From Pseudomonas aeruginosa (GTDB lineage Bacteria > Pseudomonadota > Gammaproteobacteria > Pseudomonadales > Pseudomonadaceae), in assembly GCF_001457615.1 (NCBI RefSeq), contig NZ_LN831024.1:5430001-5462000 (forward strand): a stretch of 32,000 nt of DNA. Reading direction: 5' to 3'. The notes below the pieces were generated by a model. It was not told the origin of the DNA. It worked only from the letters and a program-made list of their open reading frames with translations, and did no database searches. Positions 8,108-22,571 of this stretch are shown here, piece by piece (the stretch's first letter is position 1; each line of letters opens with the position of its first letter). A program made the translations under genes and the position numbers.

Positions 8108-8926
8108 ATGCAGGCCATCGCCCCGAACGCGCTCGACCGCTGGCACGAACACCTGGCGCTGGCGATCCGGCGCCTGCGCCAACCCGACTTCCTCGCCGCG
8201 CTGGTCGACGCCATCCACCAACTGGTGCCGATCGAGTCGAGCATGATCAGCCTGGAACGCAAGGGCCACGCGCCCACCCTGCTCTACGAGCGCGGCATCG
8301 CCGAGCGCTTCCGCGAGGCGATCATCCGCCGCTACTTCTCCCGCGGCTACCTGCTCGACCCTTTCTGCCTGGCGGTGGAGGAAGGCCTTCCGGAAGGCTT
8401 CTACACCCTCGGCGAGATCGCCCCCGACGACTTCTTCCAGAGCGCCTACTACCAGACCTACTACCTCGGCGCCGGAGCGGTGGAGGACGTCTACTACATC
8501 CTCGACCTCGGCCCTACCGAGAAGCTCTCGATCTGTCTCTACAACGGCCTTTCGGCGAGCCGCTACAGCGACGCCCAGGTCGCCGCCCTCGCCGGCCTGG
8601 CGCCGCCGGTGCTGGAGCTGGCCCGGCAGTTCTGCGCCGGGCGCGCCGACCTCTCGCCGAACCCGCAGGCCGACCTCGCCCCGCGCCTTCAGGAAGTGCT
8701 GCGCGGCTTCGGTCGCGACGTGCTCACCGACCGCGAACGCGAGGCCTGCCACCTGCTGCTCAGCGGCCACTCGGCGAAATCCAGCGCGCGGCTGATGGAC
8801 ATCTCCCCGGAGACCGTGCGCATGCACCGGAAGAATCTCTACACCAAGCTGGAAGTCGGCTCGCAGTCGGAACTGTTCGCGCTGTTCATCGAGTGCCTGA
8901 GCCAGGGGCAGCGCGTCGGCCCCTGA
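8108..8926 (+). CDS. LuxR-family transcriptional regulator
   Basis: C-terminal HTH DVLTDREREACHLLLSGHSAKSSARLMDISPETVRMHRKNLYTKLEVGSQSELFALF; start MQAIAPNALDRWHEHL. Confidence 0.88.
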   Translation: MQAIAPNALDRWHEHLALAIRRLRQPDFLAALVDAIHQLVPIESSMISLERKGHAPTLLYERGIAERFREAIIRRYFSRGYLLDPFCLAVEEGLPEGFYTLGEIAPDDFFQSAYYQTYYLGAGAVEDVYYILDLGPTEKLSICLYNGLSASRYSDAQVAALAGLAPPVLELARQFCAGRADLSPNPQADLAPRLQEVLRGFGRDVLTDREREACHLLLSGHSAKSSARLMDISPETVRMHRKNLYTKLEVGSQSELFALFIECLSQGQRVGP

Positions 8927-8929
8927 GAC

Positions 8930-10851
<1,922 letters not shown>

Positions 10852-10855
<4 letters not shown>

Positions 10856-12258
10856 GACAGCTCGCTCCGCAGTCGCGGCAACTGGGCGAGGAACGCCGGC
10901 TCGTCGTCGAGCTGGCGCAGATCGAGCCAGAGGGCGTCGTCGTCGAGCCGACCGATCACCGGCAGCGGCAGCCCGCGCAGGGCTTCCTCGAGGTTGCGCA
11001 GGGCGCGTCCGCGCAGGCGCCTGGGCTGCCGCGGACGCAGGCACAGCGCGGCGCTGGCCAGCCGCGCCACCGGCTGCGCGCCGCTGCCGATCATGCCCAG
11101 GGCGTCGACCACAGCGACCTCCCAGCCCTCGCCGAGCGCCTCGCCCAGCGCCGGCGCCAGACGCTCGGCCTGGGCGCGGATCTCCGCCGCCGGGCGGCTG
11201 AGCAGGCGCAGGGTGGTCAGGCGTTCGGCGAGGCGGTCCGGATCGCGGTACAGGCCGAGCACCGCCTCGAGGGCGGCGAGGGTCAGCTTGTCGACGCGCA
11301 GGGCGCGCTTGAGCGGGTTCTTCTTGATCCGCCCGATCAGTTCTCGGTTGCCGAGGATCAGCCCGGCCTGGGGCCCGCCGAGCAATTTGTCGCCGCTGAA
11401 GGTAACGATGTCGGCGCCGTCGGCCAGGGCTTCCTGCACCGTCGGTTCCTTGGGCAAGCCCCAGCGGGTCAGGTCCACCAGGGTGCCGCTGCCGAGGTCT
11501 TCCAGCAGCGGCAGGCCGTGGCCATGGGCGATGGCCGCCAGTTGCGCGGTGGGCACGCTGGCGGTGAAGCCCTGGACGCTGTAGTTGCTGGTGTGCACGC
11601 GCATCAGCAGGCCGCTGCGCGGGCCGATGGCGGCTTCGTAGTCCCTGGCGTGGGTGCGGTTGGTGGTGCCCACCTCATGCAAGCGCACGCCGGCGCGGGC
11701 CATGATGTCGGGAATGCGGAAGGCGCCGCCGATCTCGATCAGCTCGCCGCGCGAGATGATCCCTTCCTTGCGCGCCCCCAGGCTGTTCAGCGCCAGCAGC
11801 ACCGCCGCCGCGTTGTTGTTGACCACGGTGACCGCCTCGGCGCCGGTGAGTTCGCGGATCAGCCCGGCGATCAGGTCGTCGCGGTCGCCGCGTTTGCCGC
11901 TGGCCAGGTCGAACTCCAGGTTCAGCGGGTAGCGCGCGGCCAGGGTGATCGCCTCGATGGCTTCGTCCGGCAACAGGGCGCGGCCGAGGTTGGTATGCAA
12001 CACCGTGCCGGTCAGGTTGAACACCCGCCGCACGCGGCTGGCATGCTGCGCGGCGAGGCGTTCGCCGGCGCGCCCGGCGAGCACCGCCTCGCTCAGTTCG
12101 ATCTCGGCGAGGGCACCGTGTCGGGCCGGCTCGCGCAGTTCGTCGAGCAGGTCGCGGAGGGTCGCCAGCAACGCCTCGCGGCCATAGCGCTGGTGCAGAG
12201 GAGCGGCCGCCGCGCTGCGCAGCAGGCGGTCGACCGAAGGCAAGCGAACGGAACTCAT
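10852..12258 (-). CDS. selA: L-seryl-tRNA(Sec) selenium transferase SelA
   Basis: [14 protein letters not shown] ... [19 protein letters not shown] ... [22 protein letters not shown] (PLP lysine). Confidence 0.97.
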
Positions 12259-12336
12259 GGAGAAACCTTATCCACAGGGTAGGGTCACCGACACGCCCAT
12301 CATAGACGCGTCGGCGCATGCCCGCAGCGTCTTCGG

Positions 12337-13266
12337 CTATTCGCCGCCGGGGGCCAGCAACAGGTTCGGCGAACGCCGCAGGTAGCCGTCCTCGGCCAGG
12401 CGCATGTCCAGCGCCAGGCTGGCCAGGTCGTCGGCAAGGGCATCGGCGTGGCGGTCGAACTCCAGGTAGAACTGCTTCAGGTAGCCCTGGCAACTGGGGC
12501 AGGTCTCGGCGCGCAGCACGGCTTTTTCCGCCGGCTGCCCGTCATGCTCCAGGGACAGGTAGGCCAGGTGCTTGCTTTCCTCGCAGTGGCTGCACTTGAT
12601 TCGCACGTAGTGCCATTCGCAGGCGCACAGCGAGCAGCTCAGGTAGCGCAGGCCGGTTTCCTTGCCGCCCTGGCGGATCATCCCGGCCATCGGCGGCGAG
12701 CCGCAGGCGGGGCACAAGGTCCGGCTCTCGGTCTCGACCACCGCGCCCTCCTCCAGTCCCAGCAGCCAATGGCTCCAGGCTACTTGCAGGGCGGCGCCGA
12801 GGAACGGCACCAGGGCCGCCGGCAGGAGGTCGAACTGACCGCTGAGCAGGGCGATGGCCCAGGCCTTGCGCTGGCCTTCGTCGGCTTCGCGCAATTGTTC
12901 GAGTGCCGCGCCGACGGCGGCGTTGGCCGGCGCCGGGTAGCCCGCGAGCAGGGCATCCAGCCAGGGCAGCCAGGCGCCTTCGCGCACCAGCAGGTCGTAG
13001 GCCAGCGGCGGCATGCCGTGCTCGCGGCTCTTGCGCAGGCGCTCGGGGTCGAGCGGGGCCAGCGCCGGCGGGTTGTCCAGCAGCGCCTGCTGGAGCCGGC
13101 AGAGACCGGCGACCAGGCGCAGGTAGTCGCCCATCGGGTGCCCCTCGGCCAGTTGCAGCAGGCGCTCGCCGCGGCGGGCGAACAGGTCGCGCGACGGCTG
13201 GTGCAGGTGCGGGGGAATGTTGGCGGCGGCTTCGATCTGCCCCGGCTGAAGAATGGTGCGTGACAC
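12337..13266 (-). CDS. fdhE: Formate dehydrogenase accessory protein FdhE
   Basis: Cys-pair motifs CPACGSPP, CSLCACEWHY, CSHCEESKH, CPSCQGYLKQFY; located between sel and fdn genes. Confidence 0.94.
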   Translation of the reverse strand: MSRTILQPGQIEAAANIPPHLHQPSRDLFARRGERLLQLAEGHPMGDYLRLVAGLCRLQQALLDNPPALAPLDPERLRKSREHGMPPLAYDLLVREGAWLPWLDALLAGYPAPANAAVGAALEQLREADEGQRKAWAIALLSGQFDLLPAALVPFLGAALQVAWSHWLLGLEEGAVVETESRTLCPACGSPPMAGMIRQGGKETGLRYLSCSLCACEWHYVRIKCSHCEESKHLAYLSLEHDGQPAEKAVLRAETCPSCQGYLKQFYLEFDRHADALADDLASLALDMRLAEDGYLRRSPNLLLAPGGE

Positions 13267-13349
13267 GGGAACTCCTCGGGTCTGCGCCGGCGGGCCGGTG
13301 GGCCGCGCCGCAACGATCGGGCGCCCGGTGGGGCGCGGAATGAATGCAA

Positions 13350-13369
13350 AGGCCCCATCGCTGGGGCCT
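13350..13369 (-). terminator. Rho-independent-like terminator downstream of fdnI
   Basis: Minus strand AGGCCCCA-GCGA-TGGGGCCT followed by TTGCATTC; 8-bp perfect stem between fdnI stop (13399) and fdhE start (13266). Confidence 0.55.
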
Positions 13370-13398
13370 CCGGTCGGGCGATGGCGACACTATACGCG

Positions 13399-14025
13399 TC
13401 AGTGCTCCTCGCCCTTGCCGACTTCCTTCAGCCAGCCGTTATGGTGCTTGCGCGCCCAGGCGCGGCTGACCTTGCCGTAGAGCATCGCGCCCATCGAGCC
13501 CTTGACCCAGATGCCGGCGTAGATATGCACGATGATGCTGGCGATCAGGACGAAGGCGGCGAAGGCGTGCAGGAGCGCCGACAGGCGGATCGCCTCGATG
13601 CCGAACCAGGCGCTGAAGTACTGGCGCCAGATCACGATGCCGGTGACCAGCAGGGTCAGCATGCTCAGCAGCAGCACCCAGAACAACAGCTTCTGCCCGG
13701 CGTTGTAGCGGCCGACTTCCGGGAGGTTCTCCTCGCGGTTGCTGACCACGTCGCGCCACTGCTTGAGCCACTGGATATCGCTCTTCTGCACCCGGTTGTG
13801 GTGGGCGAAGCGCACCACCAGGCCGAGGAAGAAGACGAACATCGCCAGCCCCAGGAAGGGGTGCAGGATACGCGTCCAGGGACCGCCGCCGAACAGGTTG
13901 GTCAGCCAGAACAGCGCCGGGTGGAACAGCGCCAGCCCGGACAACCCGGCCATGAAGAACAGGATCGCCACGGCCCAGTGGTTGCTGCGCTCGTTGGCGT
14001 TGTAGCGCTGGATTTCATTTTTCAT
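13399..14025 (-). CDS. fdnI: Formate dehydrogenase-N gamma subunit (cytochrome b556)
   Basis: MKNEIQRYNANERSNHWAVAILFFMAGLSGLALFHP; conserved His in TM helices; downstream of fdnH. Confidence 0.94.
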   Translation of the reverse strand: MKNEIQRYNANERSNHWAVAILFFMAGLSGLALFHPALFWLTNLFGGGPWTRILHPFLGLAMFVFFLGLVVRFAHHNRVQKSDIQWLKQWRDVVSNREENLPEVGRYNAGQKLLFWVLLLSMLTLLVTGIVIWRQYFSAWFGIEAIRLSALLHAFAAFVLIASIIVHIYAGIWVKGSMGAMLYGKVSRAWARKHHNGWLKEVGKGEEH

Positions 14026-14096
14026 TTCCGACTCCTCGAGAGCGCCGCCGCTGCCGCCGGGTCGCGGAGGACCGGCGGCAACGCCCGCGCGCAGGC

Positions 14097-15026
14097 TCAA
14101 CGACGCTCGTGCGGGTCAAAGGTGTGTACCGACGGATCGACCTGGTGCACCGGTGCCTCGGCTTGCCCGTGGTCTTCCTCGTCGTCCGCGCGGTTGGGAC
14201 CGACGCGCACATAGTGGAAGAACCCGGCGAGCACCGTGGCGCCCATGGCCAGCAGCGCCAGCGGCTTGGTCACGCCCTTCCACAGGCTGACCAGCGGGCT
14301 GACGCTCGGCTGGTCGGCCAGGCCGGCATAGAGCGACGGCTTGTCGGCGTGGTGCAGCACGTACATCACGTGGGTGCCGCCCACCCCTTCGGGGTCGTAC
14401 AGGCCGGCGTTCTCGTAACCGCGGCTCTTCAGGTCGACGATGCGTTCGGCGGCGTGTTCCTTCATGTCCACCTTGCTGCCGAAGACGATGGCGCCGGTCG
14501 GGCAGGTCTTCACGCAGGCCGGCTCCATGCCCACCGAGACGCGGTCGGAACACAGGCTGCACTTGTAGGCCTTGTGGTCCTTCTGCGAGATCCGTGGGAT
14601 GTCGAACGGGCAACCGGTGATGCAGTAGCCGCAACCGATGCACTTGTCCTGGTTGAAGTCGACGATGCCGTTGGCGTACTTCACGATCGCCCCCGGGCTC
14701 GGGCAGGCCTTCAGGCAGCCCGGCTCGGCGCAGTGCATGCAACCATCCTTGCGGATCAGCCACTCGAGGTTACCGGCCTCGTTCTCGTGCTCGGTGAAAC
14801 GCATCACCGTCCACGAGTCGGCCGTCAGGTCCATGGGGTTGTCGTAGGTGCCGTGGTTGTGGCCGACCTCGTCGCGCAGCTCGTTCCATTCCGAGCAGGC
14901 GACCTGGCAGGCCTTGCAACCGATGCACTTGGACACGTCGATCAGTTTCGCCACTTCCTCCTGGTTCCGCACCGAGGGCATCGGCGTGGTGGTCGCGGAG
15001 CGGGCGTGGATGTCCTGACTACTCAT
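14097..15026 (-). CDS. fdnH: Formate dehydrogenase-N beta subunit, 4Fe-4S ferredoxin-type
   Basis: [52 protein letters not shown]-terminal TM anchor. Confidence 0.96.
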   Translation of the reverse strand: MSSQDIHARSATTTPMPSVRNQEEVAKLIDVSKCIGCKACQVACSEWNELRDEVGHNHGTYDNPMDLTADSWTVMRFTEHENEAGNLEWLIRKDGCMHCAEPGCLKACPSPGAIVKYANGIVDFNQDKCIGCGYCITGCPFDIPRISQKDHKAYKCSLCSDRVSVGMEPACVKTCPTGAIVFGSKVDMKEHAAERIVDLKSRGYENAGLYDPEGVGGTHVMYVLHHADKPSLYAGLADQPSVSPLVSLWKGVTKPLALLAMGATVLAGFFHYVRVGPNRADDEEDHGQAEAPVHQVDPSVHTFDPHERR

Positions 15027-15034
15027 GTTTCACC

Positions 15035-18000
15035 TCACGCCTTTTCCACGTTGACCAGGAACGACTTGAACTCCGGCGTCTGGGTATTCCCGTCGCCCAC
15101 GAAGGGGGTCAGGGTGTTGGCCAGGAAGCCGTTGCGCGCCATGCCGGCGAAGCCCCAGTGGATCGGGATGCCGACGTGGTGCACGGTCTTGCCGTCCACC
15201 TGCAGCGGGCGGATGCGCTTGGTCACCACCGCCACCGCCTTGATGTAGCCGCGGTTGGAGGAGACCTTGACCTTGTCGCCGGCATTGATGCCCAGCTCCT
15301 TGGCCAGCGCCTCGCCGATCTCGACGAACTGCTCGGGCTGGGTGATCGCATTCAGCCGGCAGTGCTTGGTCCAGTAGTGGAAGTGCTCGGTGAGCCGGTA
15401 GGTGGTCGCTGCGTAGGGGAACTCGTCGGCCGTGCCGAACAGTTCCATGTCGTTCTTGAACACCCGTGCCGCCGGGTTGCTGATCGCCTTGCGGTTGTCG
15501 CGGTGCAAGGGGTTCACCCCGATCGGCGTCTCGAACGGCTCGTAGTGCTCGGGGAACGGGCCTTCGGCCATCTTGTCGACGGCGAACAGGCGGGCCACCC
15601 CTTCGGGGTTCATGATGAACGGGTTCATCCCGGCTTCCGGCGGTACGTCGGCCTTGTAGTCGGGCACGTCGGTGCCGCCCCAGGACTTGCCGTTCCACCA
15701 CACCAGGCGCTTCTTCTCCGGGTCCCACGGCTTGCCGCTGACGTCGGCCGAGGCGCGGTTGTAGAGAATCCGCCGGTTCGCCGGCCAGGCCCAGGCCCAG
15801 CCGAGGGTCTGGCCCATGCCGTAGGGGTCGCTGTTGTCGCGGCGGCCCATCTGGTTGCCCTGCTGGGTCCAGGAGCCGGCGAAGATCCAGCAGCCGCTCG
15901 CCGTGCTGCCGTCGTCGCGCAGCAGGGCGAAGCCCGGCAACTGCTCGCCGGCCTTGGCCAGGATCATGCCGTTGGCCGGGTCGACCAGGTCGCTCAGGGC
16001 CTTGCCGTTGAACTCCCGGGCCAGTTCGTCCGGGCCCGGTTCGTCGGGCTTGAGGTAGGACCAGTCGAGGCCGAGGATCGGGTCGGGGAAGGCCCCGCCG
16101 TCCTTGCGGTACATCTCGCGCAGGCGGTGGAACAGCCCGGCCATGATGGCGATGTCCGGACGCGCCTGGCCCGGCGGCTCGGCGCCCTTCCAGTGCCACT
16201 GCAACCAGCGGCCGCTGTTGACGATCGAGCCGTCTTCCTCGGCGAAGCAGGAGGTGGGCAGGCGGAACACCGTGGTCTTGATGCTGGCGGTGTCGACGTC
16301 GTTGTACTCGCCGACGTTGCGCCAGAACTCCGAGGTCTCGGTCACCAGCGGGTCCATCACCACCATCCACTTCAGGCGCGCCAGCGCGGCGCCGACCTTG
16401 GCCTTGTTGGGGAACGAGGCGATGGGGTTGAAGCCCTGGCAGAAGTAACCGTTGACCTTGCCCTGGTACATCATGTCGAAGTAGCGCAGCACGTCGTAGC
16501 CGGCGCCCGGCATGTCGAGCTTGGGCAGCCAGTCGTAGCACCAGTTGTTTTCCTTGGTCGCCGACTTGCCGAACCAGGCCTTCATCAGGCTGACGTGGAA
16601 CTTGCCGTAGTTCTGCCAGTAGGACAGCTGTCCCGGGCGCAGCGGCTTGGCCGTGCGCTTGGCGATGTAGGCGTCGTAGTCCTGCTCGGCGTCCATCGCC
16701 AGGGTCAGGTAGCCCGGCAGCGAGTTGGACAGCAGGCCGAGGTCGGTCAGGCCCTGGATGTTGGAGTGGCCGCGCAGGGCGTTCATGCCGCCGCCGGGCA
16801 TGCCGATGTTGCCCAGCAGCAGCTGGACCATCGCGCCTGTGCGGATCATCTGCGCGCCTACCGAGTGCTGGGTCCAGCCCAGGGCGTACATGATGGTCAT
16901 GACCTTGCCCGGCTTGGAGGTCTCGGCGATTTCCGCCCAGACCTTGAGCATCATGTCCTTCGGCGTACCGCAGATGTTGCTCACCACGTCCGGGGTGTAG
17001 CGGCTGTAGTGCTGCTTGAGCAGGTTGAACACGCAGCGCGGGTGGGTCAGGGTCGGGTCGACCTTGGCATAGCCATCCTCACCGATCTCGTAGCCCCAGG
17101 AGGACTTGTCCGGGTAGGTCCGCTTCTCGGCGTCGTAGCCGTTGAACAGGCCGTCCTCGAAGCTGAAGCCTTCCTTCACGATGAACGAGACATCGGTGTA
17201 GTTGCGCACGTATTCGTGCTGGATCTTGTCGTTTTCCAGCAGGTAGTTGATCAGGCCGCCGAGGAAGGCGATGTCGGTGCCGGTCCGGATCGGCGCGTAG
17301 TAGTCGGCGACCGAGGCGGAACGGGTGAAACGCGGATCGACCACCAGCAGCCGCGCCTTGTTGTGCGCCTTGGCTTCGGTGACCCATTTGAATCCGCACG
17401 GGTGGGCTTCGGCGGCGTTGCCGCCCATGATCAGCACCAGATCGGCATTCTTGATGTCGGTCCAGTGGTTGGTCATGGCTCCACGGCCAAACGTCGGGGC
17501 AAGACTTGCCACCGTCGGGCCGTGTCAGACACGCGCCTGGTTGTCGAATCCCAGGATGCCGAGGGAGCGCATCACCTTGTGGGTGATGTAGCCGGCCTCG
17601 TTGGACGAGGCGGACGCGGCGAGGAAGCCGGTGGTCAACCAGCGGTTGACGGTCTGGCCCTGCTCGTTCTTCTCGACGAAGTTGGCGTCGCGGTCTTCCT
17701 TCATCAGCTTGGCGATGCGCTCGAGGGCTTCGTCCCACTCGATGCGCTTCCACTCGCTGGAGCCGGCCTCGCGCACTTCCGGATACTTCAGGCGGTTCGG
17801 GCTGTGGATGTAGTCCAGCAGGCCGGCGCCTTTCGGGCAGAGGGTGCCGCGGTTGACCGGATGGTCGGCGTCGCCCTCGATATGGATGATGTTCTGCGCG
17901 ACGTTCTTGGCGCCGTCGCCCTGGCTGTACATGATCAGGCCGCAACCGACCGAACAGTAGGTACAGGTGTTGCGGGTCTCGACCGTGTGCGCCAGCTTGA

Positions 18001-18115
18001 AGTGGCGGACCTGGTCGGCGAAGGCCTCCGTGGGGGCCATCCCGAGCGCCGCAAGGCTCGATCCTCCAAGGCCTATACCGCAGACCTTGAAGAATTGCCG
18101 ACGGTTCATATCCAT
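15035..18115 (-). CDS. fdnG: Selenocysteine-containing formate dehydrogenase-N alpha subunit (TGA codon at 17525-17527 read as Sec197), 1026 aa
   Basis: Two in-frame ORFs (17525-18115 and 15035-17512) separated only by TGA in ...NQARV-U-HGPTVASLAPTFGRGAMTNHW...; Tat motif RRQFFK, CTYCSVGCGLIM 4Fe-4S binding; sel genes adjacent. Confidence 0.97.
17495..17527 (-). promoter_or_regulatory. Bacterial SECIS element (recoded UGA plus downstream hairpin)
   Basis: Minus strand UGA CAC GGC CCG ACG GUG GCA AGU CUU GCC CCG: hairpin CGG-(bulged U)-GGCAA-GUC-UUGCC-CCG with GU in apical loop, as in the known E. coli fdnG/fdhF SECIS architecture. Confidence 0.85.
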
Positions 18116-18384
18116 CGTGCATCTCCTGCATCAGGCAAAGGACACCCGGGACATGGCCGGATGTCTCTGGTTAAAAGATAGCCAGCCTGGCGAGGTACGC
18201 CAGCCGGGCATGGCTACGGGGCAGCGAACCCTACACGAACGCTGGGTTTTTCTGCCTTGACCGGAGTCATTACACGGCGGCGCAAACCTTGTCCAGCAAG
18301 GTGCGCGGAATCGGGACAGGTCCGAACGCCGCGAGGCGCGCGAACAGGAGGTGATATCCAGGTGCCATTAGACCAAAGACTAAT

Positions 18385-18415
18385 GCCGGGTCGCCTAGGG
18401 CTGCGGCGACCCGGC
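18385..18415 (-). terminator. Hairpin terminator candidate downstream of lipC
   Basis: Perfect 11-bp inverted repeat GCCGGGTCGCC-N9-GGCGACCCGGC directly after lipC stop; weak T-rich tail (ATTAGTCTTTGG) on the minus strand. Confidence 0.6.
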
Positions 18416-18422
18416 GAGCGGA

Positions 18423-19352
18423 TCAGAGTCCGACGTTCCTGAGGCGATTGGCATGCTGCCGATAGACCTGGGTCGGGTCGCTCTCGAACAGGCTGACCAG
18501 GCCGAGCAACTGGTTGACTTCGTCCAGATGGTCCATCCGGTAGTTGTCCTTCACCACGCTGCCCAGGTGGCTGGAGCATTGGCCGACCAGACCGTCGTTG
18601 GCCTCGCCGAACAGCAGCCCGGTCACCGCCAGGCCGGCGGAGCTCGGGTCGAGCGCATTGGTCAGGGAGCCGGTGCCGCTCATCGAGTAGTAGCGCACCC
18701 CGGCTACCGTCTCCGCGCCCTGGCCACAGGCGCTGGCCGGGATCGCCTGCGGGAAGCGCTGGTTGAACCGCGCGGTGCCGGGAGTGTTGAGACTGTTCAG
18801 GGCAGCCAGCGCGTCGCCCTTGACCCACTCGCCGCCGTCGACGATGTCGACCACCGAGAACAGCGCCTCCACCGCCGAGGCGATCACCTCGGTGCCGATC
18901 GGCCCGAGGAACTCGCTGAAGCCGGTCACCGCGTCGGCTACCGGCGTGCCCTTGTGCGGCGTGCCCATGGTGGTGACCGAGGCCACCAGTTGCGGCGCCA
19001 CCCCGGCGACGTAGCGCACGGTCATGCCGCCCTGGCTGTGGCCGATCAGGTTGACTTTCTCCGCGCCGGTCAGGGCCAGGACTTCCTCCACCTGCGCCAG
19101 TAGCTGTTCGCCGCGCACCTCGTTGCTGTTCACCGGCGACTGCGAGGTGGCGAAGACCTTCGCGCCGTCCTTCTCCAGGGCCGGCACGATAGCGTGCCAG
19201 TAGTCCACCGGGCCGACGCTCTTGAAGCCGAACAGACCGTGGGACAGCACGATGGGATAGCGCGTGCGGGTGTAGTCGGTCGCAGCGTGCACGGGAAGGC
19301 TGGCGGCCAGCGCTACCAGCGCCGCCGCGAGGAACGTCTTGTTCTTGTTCAT
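18423..19352 (-). CDS. lipC: Secreted triacylglycerol lipase LipC
   Basis: Signal peptide MNKNKTFLAAALVALAASLPVHA, YPIVLSHGLFG oxyanion motif, NLIGHSQGGMT nucleophile elbow; Pseudomonas subfamily I lipase. Confidence 0.93.
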   Translation of the reverse strand: MNKNKTFLAAALVALAASLPVHAATDYTRTRYPIVLSHGLFGFKSVGPVDYWHAIVPALEKDGAKVFATSQSPVNSNEVRGEQLLAQVEEVLALTGAEKVNLIGHSQGGMTVRYVAGVAPQLVASVTTMGTPHKGTPVADAVTGFSEFLGPIGTEVIASAVEALFSVVDIVDGGEWVKGDALAALNSLNTPGTARFNQRFPQAIPASACGQGAETVAGVRYYSMSGTGSLTNALDPSSAGLAVTGLLFGEANDGLVGQCSSHLGSVVKDNYRMDHLDEVNQLLGLVSLFESDPTQVYRQHANRLRNVGL

Positions 19353-19684
19353 CGTCGAGACTCCGTTCGGATTGGACAGGCAGTTGGCAAGGCACGTGCT
19401 GAGCGGGCCGGAACCCCAGCCTGACAGCGCCGCCAAAGGCGTCGAGCCGTGCTTAAGTTGGGCTTCCGGCGCACGCCATTACCCCGGGTAACAGCGCCGC
19501 CGTTCCCATTCCGCCCGCCGCGCCGCAAGTGCTGTCGGAGAGCTTTCGATGCCTGTCACCCGAGGCCACAGCGGTGCAGCGCAGCGAGCACCTATCCGAT
19601 CAGCCAGTCCGCCGGCTTGACCGAAATGCCTGGCGGTTCCGGCAAGCGGGCCGCATTCGGCGGCGGCGCAACTTCCTATGGTGA

Positions 19685-21757
<2,073 letters not shown>

Positions 21758-21786
21758 GGGGATAACGCCGCTGGCGGTATGGCTGC

Positions 21787-21825
21787 CGTAGGGCGAACAA
21801 CCGCTCGCGATTACCCGCCGGGCGG
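21787..21825. repeat. Possible dispersed intergenic palindromic (REP-like) element
   Basis: CGTAGGGCGAACAACCGCTCGCGATTACCCGCCGGGCGG has the imperfect GGCGNN-loop-NNCGCC look of Pseudomonas intergenic repeats; only this copy (and partial GGGGGATAACGCCG at 21757) is visible. Confidence 0.3.
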
Positions 21826-21965
21826 AATCCGAGGGCGAGCGATGGGGCCTCGCGTTTTCCTCCTCCGCCCCCGCCTGGTGCATACTGTGCGACTCCCCGT
21901 ACCACTCCGGCCCGTCCCTCGCCATGCGCGGGGCGCGCTCGCCGTCATCGTTCCAGGAGTCTTGC

Positions 21966-22415
21966 ATGCCCACTCCCCCCTGGTGGCTGTTCGTCCTGCC
22001 CCTGCTCGCCGGCGCCTGCCTGCCGCTGCAGGCGGGGATCAACGGCCAGTTGGCCAAGCAGGTGTCCAGCGTCCTCGCCGCGGCACTGATCTCGTTCTTC
22101 GTCGGCACCCTCGGGTTGCTCGCCCTGACCCTCTCGCAGCGCGAGTTTCCCGGCCTGGCGGCATTGCGCGGGCTGAGCTGGTGGCACTGGTGCGGCGGTT
22201 TCCTCGGCATGTTCTTCATCTTCATCGCCGCCTTCGCCGCACCGCGCATCGGCGCGCTGATGTTCATGGTGCTGGTGCTCGCCGGCCAGTTGGGCATGGC
22301 CATGAGCCTCGACCACTTCGGTTGGGCCGGCTTCCGCGAGGCACCGATCAGCGCGCTGAAGCTGGGCGGGTTGGCACTGATCGGCGCCGGCATCTGGATG
22401 ATCCGCAAGGGCTGA
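21966..22415 (+). CDS. DMT-superfamily / YdcZ (DUF606)-like small membrane transporter
   Basis: 150-aa, four to five TM segments; QAGINGQLAKQVSSVLAAALISFFVGTLGLL motif characteristic of the family. Start at MPTPPWWLF. Confidence 0.8.
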   Translation: MPTPPWWLFVLPLLAGACLPLQAGINGQLAKQVSSVLAAALISFFVGTLGLLALTLSQREFPGLAALRGLSWWHWCGGFLGMFFIFIAAFAAPRIGALMFMVLVLAGQLGMAMSLDHFGWAGFREAPISALKLGGLALIGAGIWMIRKG

Positions 22416-22571
22416 GTGCGTCTTGCCGCGGACGCGTCGGCCGGCCTATAGTCGGCCTCGGCGTTCTCCACGCCTCCCGTCCGCGGAAAGGGCAGCGCCC
22501 AGGCGATCCACCCCACGCATCGCGCATGCGACTCCAGGCCTGCTGGCGGACAAGGCTGCAGAGGAGATCGT

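Noticed and set aside
6291-8246. 651-aa plus-strand ORF antisense to the aminotransferase
   Set aside because: His/Glu/Gly/Val-rich antisense shadow of a real gene with no recognisable domain.
5062-8277. 1071-aa minus-strand ORF overlapping the methyltransferase region, permease and aminotransferase
   Set aside because: Low-complexity Arg/Pro/Ala-rich translation in a different frame of well-recognised genes; typical high-GC shadow ORF.
17512-17527. Interpretation of fdnG as a pseudogene split by a nonsense mutation
   Set aside because: TGA falls exactly at the conserved selenocysteine position, is followed by a SECIS-like hairpin, and sel genes are adjacent.
15158-18181. 1007-aa plus-strand ORF antisense to fdnG
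   Set aside because: Shadow ORF with biased composition; it also spans the Sec codon region on the opposite strand, but there is no domain evidence.
18187-18203. CTGGCG-AGGTA-CGCCAG dyad upstream of fdnG
   Set aside because: Only 6-bp arms in GC-rich DNA; may be chance, and no clear Fnr/Anr or Nar motif could be established by eye.
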